A DNA stretch of 64,000 bases from Microcoleus sp. (lineage in GTDB: Bacteria > Cyanobacteriota > Cyanobacteriia > Cyanobacteriales > Microcoleaceae): assembly GCA_052279835.1 (NCBI GenBank), contig CP181291.1:5824001-5888000 (forward strand), in the 5' to 3' direction. Below are positions 17,896 to 28,686 of the stretch, piece by piece. The position numbers and the translations under genes were made by a program. Every line of letters starts with the position of its first letter. Position 1 is the stretch's first letter. The notes beneath the pieces are model-generated. The model was not told the DNA's origin and did not search any database. It worked only from the letters and a program-made list of their open reading frames with translations.

Positions 17896-18456
17896 TCACC
17901 CCACCATCGCTTGTCGTTCAGCTATGACATAATCCGCCACCCAAAATCTATCTACAGACATCACAATAGCAGCCGACATAAAAATATCAACATCCTCTCC
18001 CATCTCTTTAGTTGGTATTAAACCAAATAATTCGTCAAATTCATTGACATCTGCTAATACATTTTCTAAATCTTCTAAAAATTCATCTAGATAAAGGCAG
18101 TGAATTGCTCCTTCATCTTCATAATATGCTTCTTCATCAGGCATGAATTGTGAGGGCTTGATTTCTGCCATCAAATAATCTAGTTTGTGAAATTCTGCTT
18201 CAGGAACGATCGCACCTACATCTTCCCCCGCTTCCTGTAACAGAATCCGATCGCCCTGAAACATGACTCGTTTCATAATCTCGATCGCCTTTTCCCGAAA
18301 ATCCTCAAGACTTAAGCGAAAAAATCCCTCACCTGCGATCGCCTCTTTTTCCGTCACAGCCACGCCCGGAACAAAATTTTGACAATGAGCAGGCGCGATC
18401 GGTAAAATTACAGGTACGATCGAATTATTGTCAACAGCATCCAATCCTTCAGTCAT
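17896..18456 (-). CDS. Acidic hypothetical protein with Phd/YefM-like segment(s)
   Basis: LSLEDFREKAIEIMKRVMFQGDRILLQEAGEDVGAIVPEAEF matches the Phd/YefM pattern. Confidence 0.5.
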   Translation of the reverse strand: MTEGLDAVDNNSIVPVILPIAPAHCQNFVPGVAVTEKEAIAGEGFFRLSLEDFREKAIEIMKRVMFQGDRILLQEAGEDVGAIVPEAEFHKLDYLMAEIKPSQFMPDEEAYYEDEGAIHCLYLDEFLEDLENVLADVNEFDELFGLIPTKEMGEDVDIFMSAAIVMSVDRFWVADYVIAERQAMVG

Positions 18457-18546
18457 TACTTACTCTCCAAGGTTCACATAACTGTTGAGAATATTGCACA
18501 ATAGATAAAATTGTAAATATATAGCACCTAAGTTTTTTTACCGCCG

Positions 18547-21500
18547 ATGAAAAGCCTGTTCCTCGATCGCCTCCACCACCCCTCGCGCCCCGTCATTGTC
18601 TTCGACGGCGCAATGGGCACCAACTTACAAGTCCAAAACCTGACAGCAGAAGACTTTGGCGGCAAAGAATACGAAGGCTGCAACGAATATCTCGTCCATA
18701 CCAAGCCCGAAGCCGTCGCCAACGTCCACCGAGGTTTCCTCGAAGCAGGCGCCGACGTCATCGAAACTGACACCTTTGGGGCTGCTTCCATCGTGCTCGC
18801 CGAATACGATTTAGCAGACAAAGCCTATTATCTCAACAAAACAGCGGCAGAACTCGCCAAAAGTATCGCCGCCGAATTTTCCACACCAGAAAAACCGAGA
18901 TTTGTTGCAGGTTCGATCGGACCTGGCACCAAATTACCAACTTTAGGACACATTGATTTTGACACACTCACCGCCGCTTTTACCGAACAAGCAGAAGGAC
19001 TCTACGACGGCGGCGTTGACTTATTTATTGTCGAAACTTGTCAAGACGTCCTGCAAATAAAATCAGCATTAAATGCGATAGAAGAAGTATTCAAGAAAAA
19101 AGGCGATCGCATTCCATTAATGGTATCAGTCACCATGGAAGCCACCGGCACAATGTTAGTCGGTTCCGACATCAGCGCCGCCCTAGCCATTTTGCAGCCC
19201 TATCCCATAGATATCTTAGGATTAAATTGTGCCACCGGCCCCGATCGCATGGCCGAACATATTAAATACCTTTCCGAACATTCACCCTTCGTCGTTTCCT
19301 GCGTTCCCAACGCCGGCTTACCAGAAAACATCGGCGGCCACGCGCACTACAAACTCACGCCCGTAGAATTAAAAATGGCCTTGATGCGCTTCGTCGAAGA
19401 CTTAGGCGTGCAAGTCATCGGCGGCTGCTGCGGGACTCGCTACGATCACATTCGCGAACTATCAGAAATTGGCAAAACTCTCACCCCCAAAATCCGCGAA
19501 ATTAGCTGGGAACCAGCCGCCGCTTCAATTTACACCGCCCAACCCTACGAACAAGACAATTCTTTCTTAATAATCGGCGAAAGACTCAACGCCAGCGGTT
19601 CCAAAAAATGTCGCGATTTACTCAACGCTGAAGACTGGGATGGTTTAGTCGCAATGGCGCGGGAACAAGTGCGAGAAGGCGCGCACATTCTTGATGTCAA
19701 CGTCGATTATGTCGGCCGCGATGGTGTCCGCGACATGAAAGAATTAGTTTCCCGCGTTGTCACCAATGCAACTCTGCCTTTAATGTTGGATTCCACAGAA
19801 TGGGAAAAGATGGAAGCCGGATTAAAAGTTGCTGGTGGCAAATGTTTGCTGAATTCCACTAACTATGAAGACGGAGAACCGCGTTTTTATCAAGTTTTAG
19901 AAATAGCCAAAAAATACGGTGCCGGTATAGTGATCGGGACAATTGATGAAGACGGGATGGCGCGGACAGCCGATCAAAAATTTGCGATCGCCCAACGCGC
20001 CTACAACGCCGCCATCGCCTACGGAATCCCCGCCGAGGAAATCTTTTTCGACACCCTAGCCTTGCCCATTTCTACCGGGATTGAAGAAGACCGAAAAAAC
20101 GGCAAAGCTACCATCGAATCCATCCGCCGCATTCGCCAAGAATTGCCAGGATGTCACGTAATTTTGGGAGTTTCTAACATCTCCTTCGGCTTAAATCCGG
20201 CGGCGAGACAAGTTTTGAATTCCATGTTTTTGCACGAAGCAATGCAAGCGGGAATGGACTCCGCCATTGTCAGCCCCAACAAGATTTTACCCCTAGCCAA
20301 AATCGACCCAGAACACCAAGCAATCTGCCGTAAACTGATTTACGATGAACGGGAGTTCGACGGCGAAATTTGCATTTATGACCCCTTGGGCGAGCTCACA
20401 ACGGTGTTTGCGGGCAAAACTACCAAGCGCGATCGCACCGAAGACGCTAACCTCCCCGTAGAAGAACGCCTGAAGCAGCACATCATCGATGGCGAACGCA
20501 TTGGACTAGATATCCAACTAGCCAAAGCATTAGAAACCTATCCGCCTCTCCACATTATCAATACTTTCCTCTTAGACGGGATGAAAGTAGTCGGAGAATT
20601 GTTCGGTTCAGGACAAATGCAACTGCCGTTTGTATTGCAATCAGCCGAAACCATGAAAGCAGCAGTTGCCTATTTAGAACCGCACATGGAAAAGTCGGAA
20701 TCTGGGGACAATGCCAAAGGCACATTCATCATTGCCACTGTCAAAGGCGACGTTCACGATATCGGTAAAAACTTGGTTGATATTATCTTATCCAACAACG
20801 GCTACCGCGTGATTAATTTGGGAATCAAGCAGCCAGTTGATAATATCATTGATGCCTACGAAAAGCACAAAGCTGATTGTATTGCGATGAGTGGCTTGTT
20901 GGTAAAATCTACCGCATTTATGAAAGAAAATTTGGAGGTATTTAACCAGAGAGGAATTACCGTTCCGGTAATTTTGGGCGGTGCAGCTTTGACTCCCAAG
21001 TTTGTTCATGAAGATTGCCAAAATACTTATAAAGGTAAAGTAATTTACGGCAAAGATGCGTTTTCGGACTTGCATTTTATGGATAAACTGATGCCAGCTA
21101 AATCTGCTGGTAAATGGGAAGATTTGCAAGGATTTTTAGGCGAGTTTGCTGAAAATGGCAATGGGGCGGTCAAATCAGCTAAGACTTCTGAAGAAATCGC
21201 TGTTGAGGATGCGAAACAAGCAGCCAAAGCCGAAATTCCGGCTGTTATAGATACTAACCGTTCGGAAGCAGTGGCAGCAGATATCGATCGCCCAAATCCT
21301 CCCTTCTGGGGAACTCAGTTATTGCAACCGGAAGATATTCCCTTTGAAGAGATTTTCTGGCACTTAGATTTGCAAGCCTTAGTTGCCGGGACAGTGGCAG
21401 TTCCGCAAGCCAAAAGACCAATCGCGGGAAGAATACGATGCTTTCTTAGCTGAAAAAGTCTATCCGATATTGGAAGAATGGAAACATAAAATTATCACGG

Positions 21501-22111
21501 AAAAGCTATTGCATCCCCAAGCAATATACGGCTATTTCCCCTGTCAAGCTGAAGGCAACTCTTTGTATGTGTATGACGCGGAAATTATCAAGGGCGGGCA
21601 AGATGTATCGACCCCCGCAGCCACCTTCACATTTCCCCGCCAAAAGTCGGCGCGCAGGCTGTGCATTGCGGACTTCTTTGCACCCAAAGAATCGGGTAAA
21701 ATCGATGTATTTCCGATGCAGGTAGCGACAGTGGGAGAAGTTGCCACAGAGTACGCCCAAAAGCTGTTTGCTAACAATCAATATACCGATTATCTCTACT
21801 TCCACGGGTTAGCGGTACAGACAGCCGAAGCAGTGGCAGAATGGACTCACGCGCGGATTCGCCGGGAATTGGGATTTGGTAGCGAAGAACCGGATAATAT
21901 TCGGGATATGCTCGCCCAAAGATATCGCGGTTCGCGTTACAGTTTCGGCTATCCTGCTTGTCCGAATATGGCGGATCAGTACAAGCAGTTGGAGTTGCTC
22001 AAGTGCGATCGCATTAACCTATATATGGATGAAAGCGAACAACTTTATCCAGAACAATCCACCACCGCCATTATTACTTATCACCCAGCGGCAAAATACT
22101 TTACCGCTTAA
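18547..22111 (+). CDS. metH: Cobalamin-dependent methionine synthase, split by a +1 frameshift
   Basis: [24 protein letters not shown] and DVHDIGKN motifs. The activation domain (GQWQFRKPK...[18 protein letters not shown]) is in another frame after GCCGGGACAG at 21385-21394. Confidence 0.93.
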
Positions 22112-22138
22112 TTTGTAGAGTGCGCCCGCGCACTTTCT

Positions 22139-22450
22139 ACTCGTTCCTAGGCTCTGCCTGGGAACGCATTTACTCGTTCCTAGGCTCTGCCTGGGAACGC
22201 ATTTCTTGAGGCTCTGCCTCTCTTTTCTACTCGTTCCCAGGCTCTTTTTCTACTCGTTCCTAGGCTCTGCCTGGGAACGCATTTCTTGAGGCTCTGCCTC
22301 TCTTTTTTTTCGACGAGGCAGAGCCTCTGGATCTGCGTTCCCAGGTAGAACCTGGGAACGATAAAAACGAGAAAACGAGAAATGCACAATTTTTTTTTTC
22401 GACGAGGCAAAGCCTCTGGATCTGCGTTCCCAGGTAGAACCTGGGAACGA
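22139..22450. repeat. Cluster of CTCGTTCCyAGGCTCTGCCTGGGAACG-type REP-like palindromes (direct and inverted copies)
   Basis: Three or more copies of CTCGTTCCTAGGCTCTGCCTGGGAACGCATTT and two of GAGGCArAGCCTCTGGATCTGCGTTCCCAGGTAGAACCTGGGAACGAT. Confidence 0.85.
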
Positions 22451-22497
22451 TAAATTTTCGAGGGAAAATGCGCAATTCCCAGTGCCCGAACTCCATC

Positions 22498-23121
22498 TTA
22501 AGAGTGAGTGCGGGGAGTGCGCGCGCCAGCAGATGCTCCCGCCATTGACGCCACTAAACCCAACAGGGAACCGAACAAAAACGACCAACCAGCTTTCGCA
22601 GCATTACCAGCAATATCGCGAGCATTCTGAGCGGTAACGTTAGGTGCTTGGTTAGGTAAATCCACCCCGCCCTGCTGCGCTTGATTAATCGCTTCTCCCG
22701 CATTAGCAGCAACTACTCCAAAAGTACCTGCTACTCCATTTGCTAACAGCCAAGAACCAATTGTTAAGGTAGTTGCCCACAAAATTGCTCCGTTCAACAG
22801 CGCTGTATTGCGGTTCATTGGCCCGCAAGCGCGAGCAGTTACCCAACCGCCAAGGCCCAAGCTAATTAATAAACTGATTATTGACCAGATTCCGACGCCG
22901 GTACCGACGCTGCCGGCTATACTGCGGGGAGCTCCTGAATTAGCAATGTTACTCAAGCCGATCGCAGCACCCAAAGCACTTAATACCAATTGGGAGCCGA
23001 TCGCAATTACCAAACCTGAAAAAATCGGACCCCACCGGACTCGATCGTGGTATTCCATGACTGAATTCACCACAATTGGTTCGGTAACAATGTTATCTAC
23101 AGGTCTATTTGCGTATGCCAT
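22498..23121 (-). CDS. Conserved integral membrane protein
   Basis: Four hydrophobic helices; RVRWGPIFSG motif; Ala/Gly rich. Confidence 0.75.
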   Translation of the reverse strand: MAYANRPVDNIVTEPIVVNSVMEYHDRVRWGPIFSGLVIAIGSQLVLSALGAAIGLSNIANSGAPRSIAGSVGTGVGIWSIISLLISLGLGGWVTARACGPMNRNTALLNGAILWATTLTIGSWLLANGVAGTFGVVAANAGEAINQAQQGGVDLPNQAPNVTAQNARDIAGNAAKAGWSFLFGSLLGLVASMAGASAGARTPRTHS

Positions 23122-23295
23122 AGCTTGTTCTTTTGTTGTGTTTGTTTACAGTTGATAGATGATTTTTTTTTAATAGCATTCCCTATAAATGTTCATTGTT
23201 GCCCAGATACATAGCAACTATATCTACCTAGGGAAATAACCAGTATCTATGTCTCAAGCAATAAACGAAAAAGTCATTAGCCCTCAGTCCACAGC

Positions 23296-23438
23296 TAATG
23301 ACCAATGACTAATGACTAATGACCAATAACTAATGACCAATAACCAATGACCAATAACTAATGACCAATAACCAATGACCAATAAGTAATGACCAATAAC
23401 CAATGACTAATGACCAATAACCAATGACCAATAACTAA
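23296..23438. repeat. Heptamer short tandem repeat (STRR; yAATGAC/CAATAAC)
   Basis: About 20 tandem 7-mers visible in the sequence. Confidence 0.9.
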
Positions 23439-23483
23439 TCGATCCAGTTATAAACATTTACGGATGTATAAAGAAAGGACTGC

Positions 23484-23810
23484 TTAGCGCAGTCTTACCG
23501 CTGTCCCAACAGCAGTAATCAGCAGCAAAGCCCCCTTGGCGTCTACATTAATCGTGCCGGTGTCAATTTCCACCCCGATTACGGCGTTGGCTCCCAGCCT
23601 CTGAGCCCGTTGTTCCAGCTCAGCGAGGGCATCTCGCTGTCCTTTGAGGAAAACTTCCTCGTAACTGCCGGTGCGCCCACCAATGATGTCCCGAATGCCC
23701 GCAAAGAAATCTCGCAGGGCATTGGTGCCATAGACCACCTCAGCAGTTACAATTCCCAGGTAAGATTGGACTTCCGATCCTTGAATGACATCAGTTGTTG
23801 TTACAATCAT
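23484..23810 (-). CDS. ybjQ: YbjQ/UPF0145 family protein
   Basis: MIVTTTDVIQG..YLGIVTAEVVYG..RDIIGGRTGSYE..LGANAVIGV..ITAVGTAV. Confidence 0.9.
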   Translation of the reverse strand: MIVTTTDVIQGSEVQSYLGIVTAEVVYGTNALRDFFAGIRDIIGGRTGSYEEVFLKGQRDALAELEQRAQRLGANAVIGVEIDTGTINVDAKGALLLITAVGTAVRLR

Positions 23811-23958
23811 CTGTTGGCCTCGATCGCGAATATTTTGAGTTTGTCTAGTTTCTGTAGATTTACTACATCTGGTCCCTCAAACATTCCTGGTTAATCCTCA
23901 GTTGTCTGTTTGGCATTAAACGGAGACTAATTCGCTCTTTCCTTCCACCACACACTCT

Positions 23959-25068
23959 TTGAAACAAATGGCCGTGTACAAACAAAGTCTCTTGGTATTC
24001 AGTACGTTGTTGCTAGCCGGATTTGCTGTCTCCGCGCCACTGCGAGCACTCTGTGCGGAAACTTCTGTTCAAGTCAATCCTGAAAATAATTCTAATTTGG
24101 ACGCTTTGCTGCGAAAAGGGCGCGAATTGGTAGATTTGGGAGACTACGGTAAGGCGATCGCCATTTATGAGCAAGCAGCCCGTTTAGATGGTGAAAACCC
24201 GCGTATTTTTTCCGGTATTGGTTATTTAGAAGCACGTCAGGGCAACTATCAAGCAGCAGTTGAATTTTATCAACAAGCCATCAGTCTCCAACCCAACAAT
24301 GCCGACTTTCAATACGCCCTAGGATATGCGATGGCGAAATTGCAAGACTATCCCGCTGCTGCTACCGCCTACCGTCGCGCCGCCCAACTCGATCGCAAAA
24401 ATGTGAATGCTCTGATCGGTCTGGGCGTGGTACTCTTTCAGCAACAAGATTACAGTGGCGCTTTTAAAGCCTACCAACAGGCGATCGCGATCGATCCCAA
24501 AAGTTGGCAAGCTTATTCTTCCATGGGTTTAGTATTAATCCAACAGGGCAATTTTTCTAGTGCCGTTGACATCCTCCAGCAAGCGGCTAAACTCGCTCCC
24601 AAACAAGCCAGCGTACAGTTAAAATTAGGTACTGCTTTACTGCGTAATGGCAACACAGCCGAAGGGCTGGCTGCTTTTGAAGAAGCTGCGAAACTAGAGC
24701 CTCGCAATCCAGATGTGCAGTTAGAAATCGGCGAACTTCTCAAAGGTCAAAACGACTTAGACGGAGCCCTTGTAGCTTATCAGCGGGCTGTGGCGGTGCG
24801 ACCAAATTTAGTGCAAGCACACGCTGCGATCGGGGAAATTCAACTGAAAAAACAAGATTTCTTAGGAGCGATTCTCACTTTTCGGCGCGTTATTCAGCTT
24901 GAGCCTAACAGAGCCGAAGCTTATTATAATTTGGGTACTGCTCTCCAAAGGCGCGATCGCACATCCGAAGCAGTTGAAGCTTTTCAACAAGCCCTCGATA
25001 ATTATCGCCAGCAAGGTAACAATGATGGTGCAAAAAAAGCTGAGGCAGCCTTGCAACAAGTTAAGTAA
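23959..25068 (+). CDS. Secreted TPR-repeat protein
   Basis: Signal-peptide-like N-terminus and about nine 34-aa TPR repeats. Confidence 0.88.
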   Translation: MKQMAVYKQSLLVFSTLLLAGFAVSAPLRALCAETSVQVNPENNSNLDALLRKGRELVDLGDYGKAIAIYEQAARLDGENPRIFSGIGYLEARQGNYQAAVEFYQQAISLQPNNADFQYALGYAMAKLQDYPAAATAYRRAAQLDRKNVNALIGLGVVLFQQQDYSGAFKAYQQAIAIDPKSWQAYSSMGLVLIQQGNFSSAVDILQQAAKLAPKQASVQLKLGTALLRNGNTAEGLAAFEEAAKLEPRNPDVQLEIGELLKGQNDLDGALVAYQRAVAVRPNLVQAHAAIGEIQLKKQDFLGAILTFRRVIQLEPNRAEAYYNLGTALQRRDRTSEAVEAFQQALDNYRQQGNNDGAKKAEAALQQVK

Positions 25069-25170
25069 TTAGTTATGAGTTATAGCCTTTCTCAGTTAGG
25101 TGAGGTACAGGCGTTCTGGGTAATGGGGAACCCCCCCCTAGCCCCCCCAAGGGGGGAAGGGGGAAGGGCA

Positions 25171-25220
25171 TTACCAATTACCAATTACCAATTACCTATT
25201 ACCTATTACCTATTACCTAT
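25171..25220. repeat. Heptamer tandem repeat (ATTACCA/ATTACCT)
   Basis: About seven tandem 7-mers after a CCCCCC/GGGGGG palindrome. Confidence 0.85.
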
Positions 25221-25380
25221 GATATGATGCAGTCGCTCTCACCATGCAGTTAATATAGGCTGCATCTTTTGTCAGATACTAAAACTATTCTCCAAGATTA
25301 ATCTATTTCTACTGGTAGAGTTGGTGAAACTGTTAAGATTTGTAAAATGAGCAAAATATCCCATTCTCAGAGCTTCATCT

Positions 25381-27078
25381 ATGCAAACCTATGATGTGAT
25401 TATCATCGGAGCAGGTCATAACGGACTGGTCTGTGCATCTTATCTCCTCAAAGCCGGATATACCGTCCTCCTGTTAGAAAAACGTTCGGTTCCCGGTGGC
25501 GCAGCAACTACTGAAGCTGCGATTCCCGAATTGCCGGATTTTAAATTCAACCTGTGCGCGATCGACCACGAATTTATCCATTTAGGGCCTGTTGTAGAAG
25601 AACTAGAACTGGAAAAATACGGTTTAGAATATCTTTACTGCGATCCAGTTGCCTTTTGTCCCCATCCCGACGGCAAATATTTCTTAGCGCACAGTTCCGT
25701 AGAAAAAACTTGTGCTGAAATTGCCCGCTACAACGAGCGCGATGCTAAAAAATATGCCGAATATACCGATTTTTGGCAACGAGCGTTAAATGCGATGATT
25801 CCGATGTTTAACGCGCCGCCAAAGTCGATTGTAGATATTGCGGGTAATTATAATATTGCCAAACTCAAAGATTTATTTTCAGTCATCGGTTCCCCAGACA
25901 AAACCCTGGACTTTGTACGCACGATGATTACCAGCGCTGAGGACATTCTCAACGAGTGGTTTGATGAGGAATTTCTGAAAGCACCCTTAGCCAGACTCGC
26001 AGCAGAACTAGGCGCTCCTCCATCCCAAAAAACCATTGCCGTTGGTGCCATTATGCTGGCAATGCGTCACAATCCCGGCATGGCAAGACCGCGCGGAGGT
26101 ACGGGTGCATTAGTCCAAGCACTACTCAATTTAGTGAAAAGCTATTCGGGTGTGGTGCTCACCGATCAGCACGTCGAAAAAATATTAGTGGATGATGGCC
26201 GCGCTGTCGGAGTTCGAGTTGCCAACGGCACAGAATATCGCGCTACCAAAGGTGTTATTTCTAATATTGATGCAAAGCGTTTGTTTTTGCATTTAATGGA
26301 TGATAGCGATGTCGATGCTGCTGACCCGAATTTGCGGGAAAGATTGGAGCGCAAAATTGTGAATAATAATGAAACTATTCTCAAAATAGATTTAGCTCTC
26401 AATGAAGTACCCAAGTTCGATCGCTGGAATCATCGAGACGAATATTTAATGGGTTCGGTGTTAATTGCCGACTCCGTAAAACACGTTGAAATTGCTCATA
26501 CCGAGCCTGCTATTGGCAGAATTCCCGATTCTGACCCCTCGATGTACGTGGTGTTTCCAACGGTAAGAGACCCGTCAATGGCTCCCCCCGGACACCATAC
26601 GGCTTGGATTGAGTTTTTTGCTCCTTACCAAATCGAAAATGCTGAGGGAACGGGCCAGCACGGTACGGGTTGGACGGATGAGCTGAAAAACAAAGTTGCC
26701 GATCGCTGTATTGACAAATTAGCAGAATATGCACCCAATATCAAGAACTCAATTATCGGCCGTCGCGTGGAAAGTCCGGCGGAATTGGGAGAGCGTTTGG
26801 GGGCGTTGAAGGGAAATTATTACCACGTTGATATGACGCTGGATCAGATGATATTTTTCCGTCCTTTACCGGAGTTGGCGAATTACAAAACGCCGATCGA
26901 TGGTTTGTATCTCACCGGGGCCGGTACCCATCCGGGCGGCTCGATTTCGGGGATGCCGGGGCGCAACACGGCTCGCGTTTTCATGCACGCACAGCAGCCG
27001 ATCGCCCAGACTTTGGCGGATGCTGCTAATTCTTTGAAATCGACTGCTAAGTCGGTGTTTCGGAGTAATGAGAAGTAA
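25381..27078 (+). CDS. crtO: Beta-carotene ketolase CrtO (CrtI-like FAD oxidoreductase)
   Basis: IIIGAGHNGLVC..EKRSVPGGAATTE..FNLCAIDHEFIHLGPV..GAGTHPGGSISGMPGRN, as in cyanobacterial CrtO. Confidence 0.85.
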   Translation: MQTYDVIIIGAGHNGLVCASYLLKAGYTVLLLEKRSVPGGAATTEAAIPELPDFKFNLCAIDHEFIHLGPVVEELELEKYGLEYLYCDPVAFCPHPDGKYFLAHSSVEKTCAEIARYNERDAKKYAEYTDFWQRALNAMIPMFNAPPKSIVDIAGNYNIAKLKDLFSVIGSPDKTLDFVRTMITSAEDILNEWFDEEFLKAPLARLAAELGAPPSQKTIAVGAIMLAMRHNPGMARPRGGTGALVQALLNLVKSYSGVVLTDQHVEKILVDDGRAVGVRVANGTEYRATKGVISNIDAKRLFLHLMDDSDVDAADPNLRERLERKIVNNNETILKIDLALNEVPKFDRWNHRDEYLMGSVLIADSVKHVEIAHTEPAIGRIPDSDPSMYVVFPTVRDPSMAPPGHHTAWIEFFAPYQIENAEGTGQHGTGWTDELKNKVADRCIDKLAEYAPNIKNSIIGRRVESPAELGERLGALKGNYYHVDMTLDQMIFFRPLPELANYKTPIDGLYLTGAGTHPGGSISGMPGRNTARVFMHAQQPIAQTLADAANSLKSTAKSVFRSNEK

Positions 27079-27150
27079 GATTTTTAGCAACGGCAGATGA
27101 ACGCAGATGGGCGCAGATGAATCACACCTGCGTTTTTTTGTAGTGATTTA

Positions 27151-27951
27151 TCAATGTGCGAGTGTGAGAATTTTTTCTGGTTGATTTCCTGTGAAGGGAA
27201 AACGATTTGCGATCGACCTCAATACCCTTTCTAAATCGGGAGCATCTTTTGCCAAGGTTGGCTGATCCTCCCGTTCGGTCAAATCTGTTAAAATATTCAG
27301 GATGAGCATTGCTAAATGTTCATCAGCATTATCCAACAAACTCAATAGCTTCTCGATATCTTCTTTTGCGCCCAACCAGTACCGCGCTCCCAGCAATTCA
27401 GCTTTTACTGATAAAGGAAGCTTTAATTTTAGATACTCTTCCAGTTTTGGCAATAGCTGCGGCGTACCTAAAAGCCCGATCGAATTAGCAGCATACCCTC
27501 TAACTGCTTTATCTTCATCAACATCAAGCAGTGAAAGCTCCAGAGTTTCTATAGCTGATGGTTCTTCTAAATATCCAAGAGTTTCTGCTGCTGATGCGCG
27601 AACCAGTGCTGAAGGATCGTGTCTGAGAATATATTCTATCGGTACAACCGCAGGACTATAACCAAGTTCTCCCAGAGCCTCCACGGCTTCACACCTAACC
27701 AGTTCTTCTGGATCGTTTAGCAAAGGCATTAATGCAAGGCTAACTGTCTCTACTTCCTCTGAACCTAGATAACCTAATGCCTCGGCTGCACCGGCTCTAA
27801 TTAATTCATCGGCGGATTTTAGCAATCTTAATATTTTCGGTACAGCCGCATAAACTTCTGCATCTACAAGCTGTATCAATGCTTCTATTTGCAGGGCATA
27901 ATCATCAGAATCGCAATAATCTAGCAGTGTTTCAGTTGTCAGCTTATCCAT
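27151..27951 (-). CDS. HEAT/PBS-lyase repeat protein (candidate immunity protein)
   Basis: Repeated L.D....VR..AAEALG.LG units. Confidence 0.8.
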   Translation of the reverse strand: MDKLTTETLLDYCDSDDYALQIEALIQLVDAEVYAAVPKILRLLKSADELIRAGAAEALGYLGSEEVETVSLALMPLLNDPEELVRCEAVEALGELGYSPAVVPIEYILRHDPSALVRASAAETLGYLEEPSAIETLELSLLDVDEDKAVRGYAANSIGLLGTPQLLPKLEEYLKLKLPLSVKAELLGARYWLGAKEDIEKLLSLLDNADEHLAMLILNILTDLTEREDQPTLAKDAPDLERVLRSIANRFPFTGNQPEKILTLAH

Positions 27952-28143
27952 AATTTTTGCACATCCCTAAATTTTAGTGCTTCCAGTCTAGGTTATTTTC
28001 ACACTTAGTCAGTTAAATTAAATGGCATTAGGCAAGTATCAAAATGACTAAGTGTGAGTAATTCGACATCCCCCAAAACTCTCTGAATTTCGTGGTACTA
28101 CACTAATTGCAGACTAATTTTGGGAGATGTTTCTTTGAGCAGC

Positions 28144-28368
28144 TTACCTTTTGGTCTTCTTCTTTTTGCCGCTGTATCGGCTATGTTTGCCACCAAAGGC
28201 TTTCTGGGTTCTTTTGATTTTTTCCATTTTTTCTTTATCTTTATCGCGTTTAGCTTGCTGTTTCAATATTTCGAGTGCTTCAGGCATATCTGATGCTTTT
28301 TTTTCTGCGATTAGTTGGTTAGCTTCTTCTACAATACCCGTATCAGCTACATTACCTTCTGCGGTCAT
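28144..28368 (-). CDS. Small basic protein resembling an Ntox34-type polymorphic toxin domain
   Basis: GNVADTGI..EAL..L..AKR..D..K..KIK.TQKA.G..HSR pattern, helical and Lys-rich; upstream of the HEAT gene on the same strand. Confidence 0.5.
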   Translation of the reverse strand: MTAEGNVADTGIVEEANQLIAEKKASDMPEALEILKQQAKRDKDKEKMEKIKRTQKAFGGKHSRYSGKKKKTKR

Positions 28369-28389
28369 AGTATTTAATCTTTGATTGAT

Positions 28390-28440
28390 TATGGGAGGAT
28401 TAAAAATATGGGAGTATTAAAAATATGGGAGGCTTAAAAA
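28390..28440. repeat. Three tandem 17-bp direct repeats
   Basis: TATGGGAGGATTAAAAA / TATGGGAGTATTAAAAA / TATGGGAGGCTTAAAAA. Confidence 0.9.
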
Positions 28441-28686
28441 TATAAGTGAGTGTTCATGATTCTTATATTTTAACTCAGACATCGAACCTTGTCAATAAAG
28501 GATTTAAAACCTGGGTGGGGTTTATTTAACTTGTCTGCAATTAGTTTGATTTATTGGCTTTCCGCGCTCCTCTGGGGTTAGGGAAATTGGTGGAAGATAT
28601 TAGGGATCGCAAATTCATACTTTGTGTAGATGCAAACCATCACCTAAAATTCAAATACTCATATTACCGTTACCCATTTTTGAGCA

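Noticed and set aside
21380..21395. Programmed ribosomal frameshift in metH
   Set aside because: There is no slippery heptamer or obvious stimulatory structure; a single-base insertion or sequencing error is simpler.
22180..22588. Three overlapping short minus-strand ORFs
   Set aside because: They are translations of the REP-like palindrome cluster.
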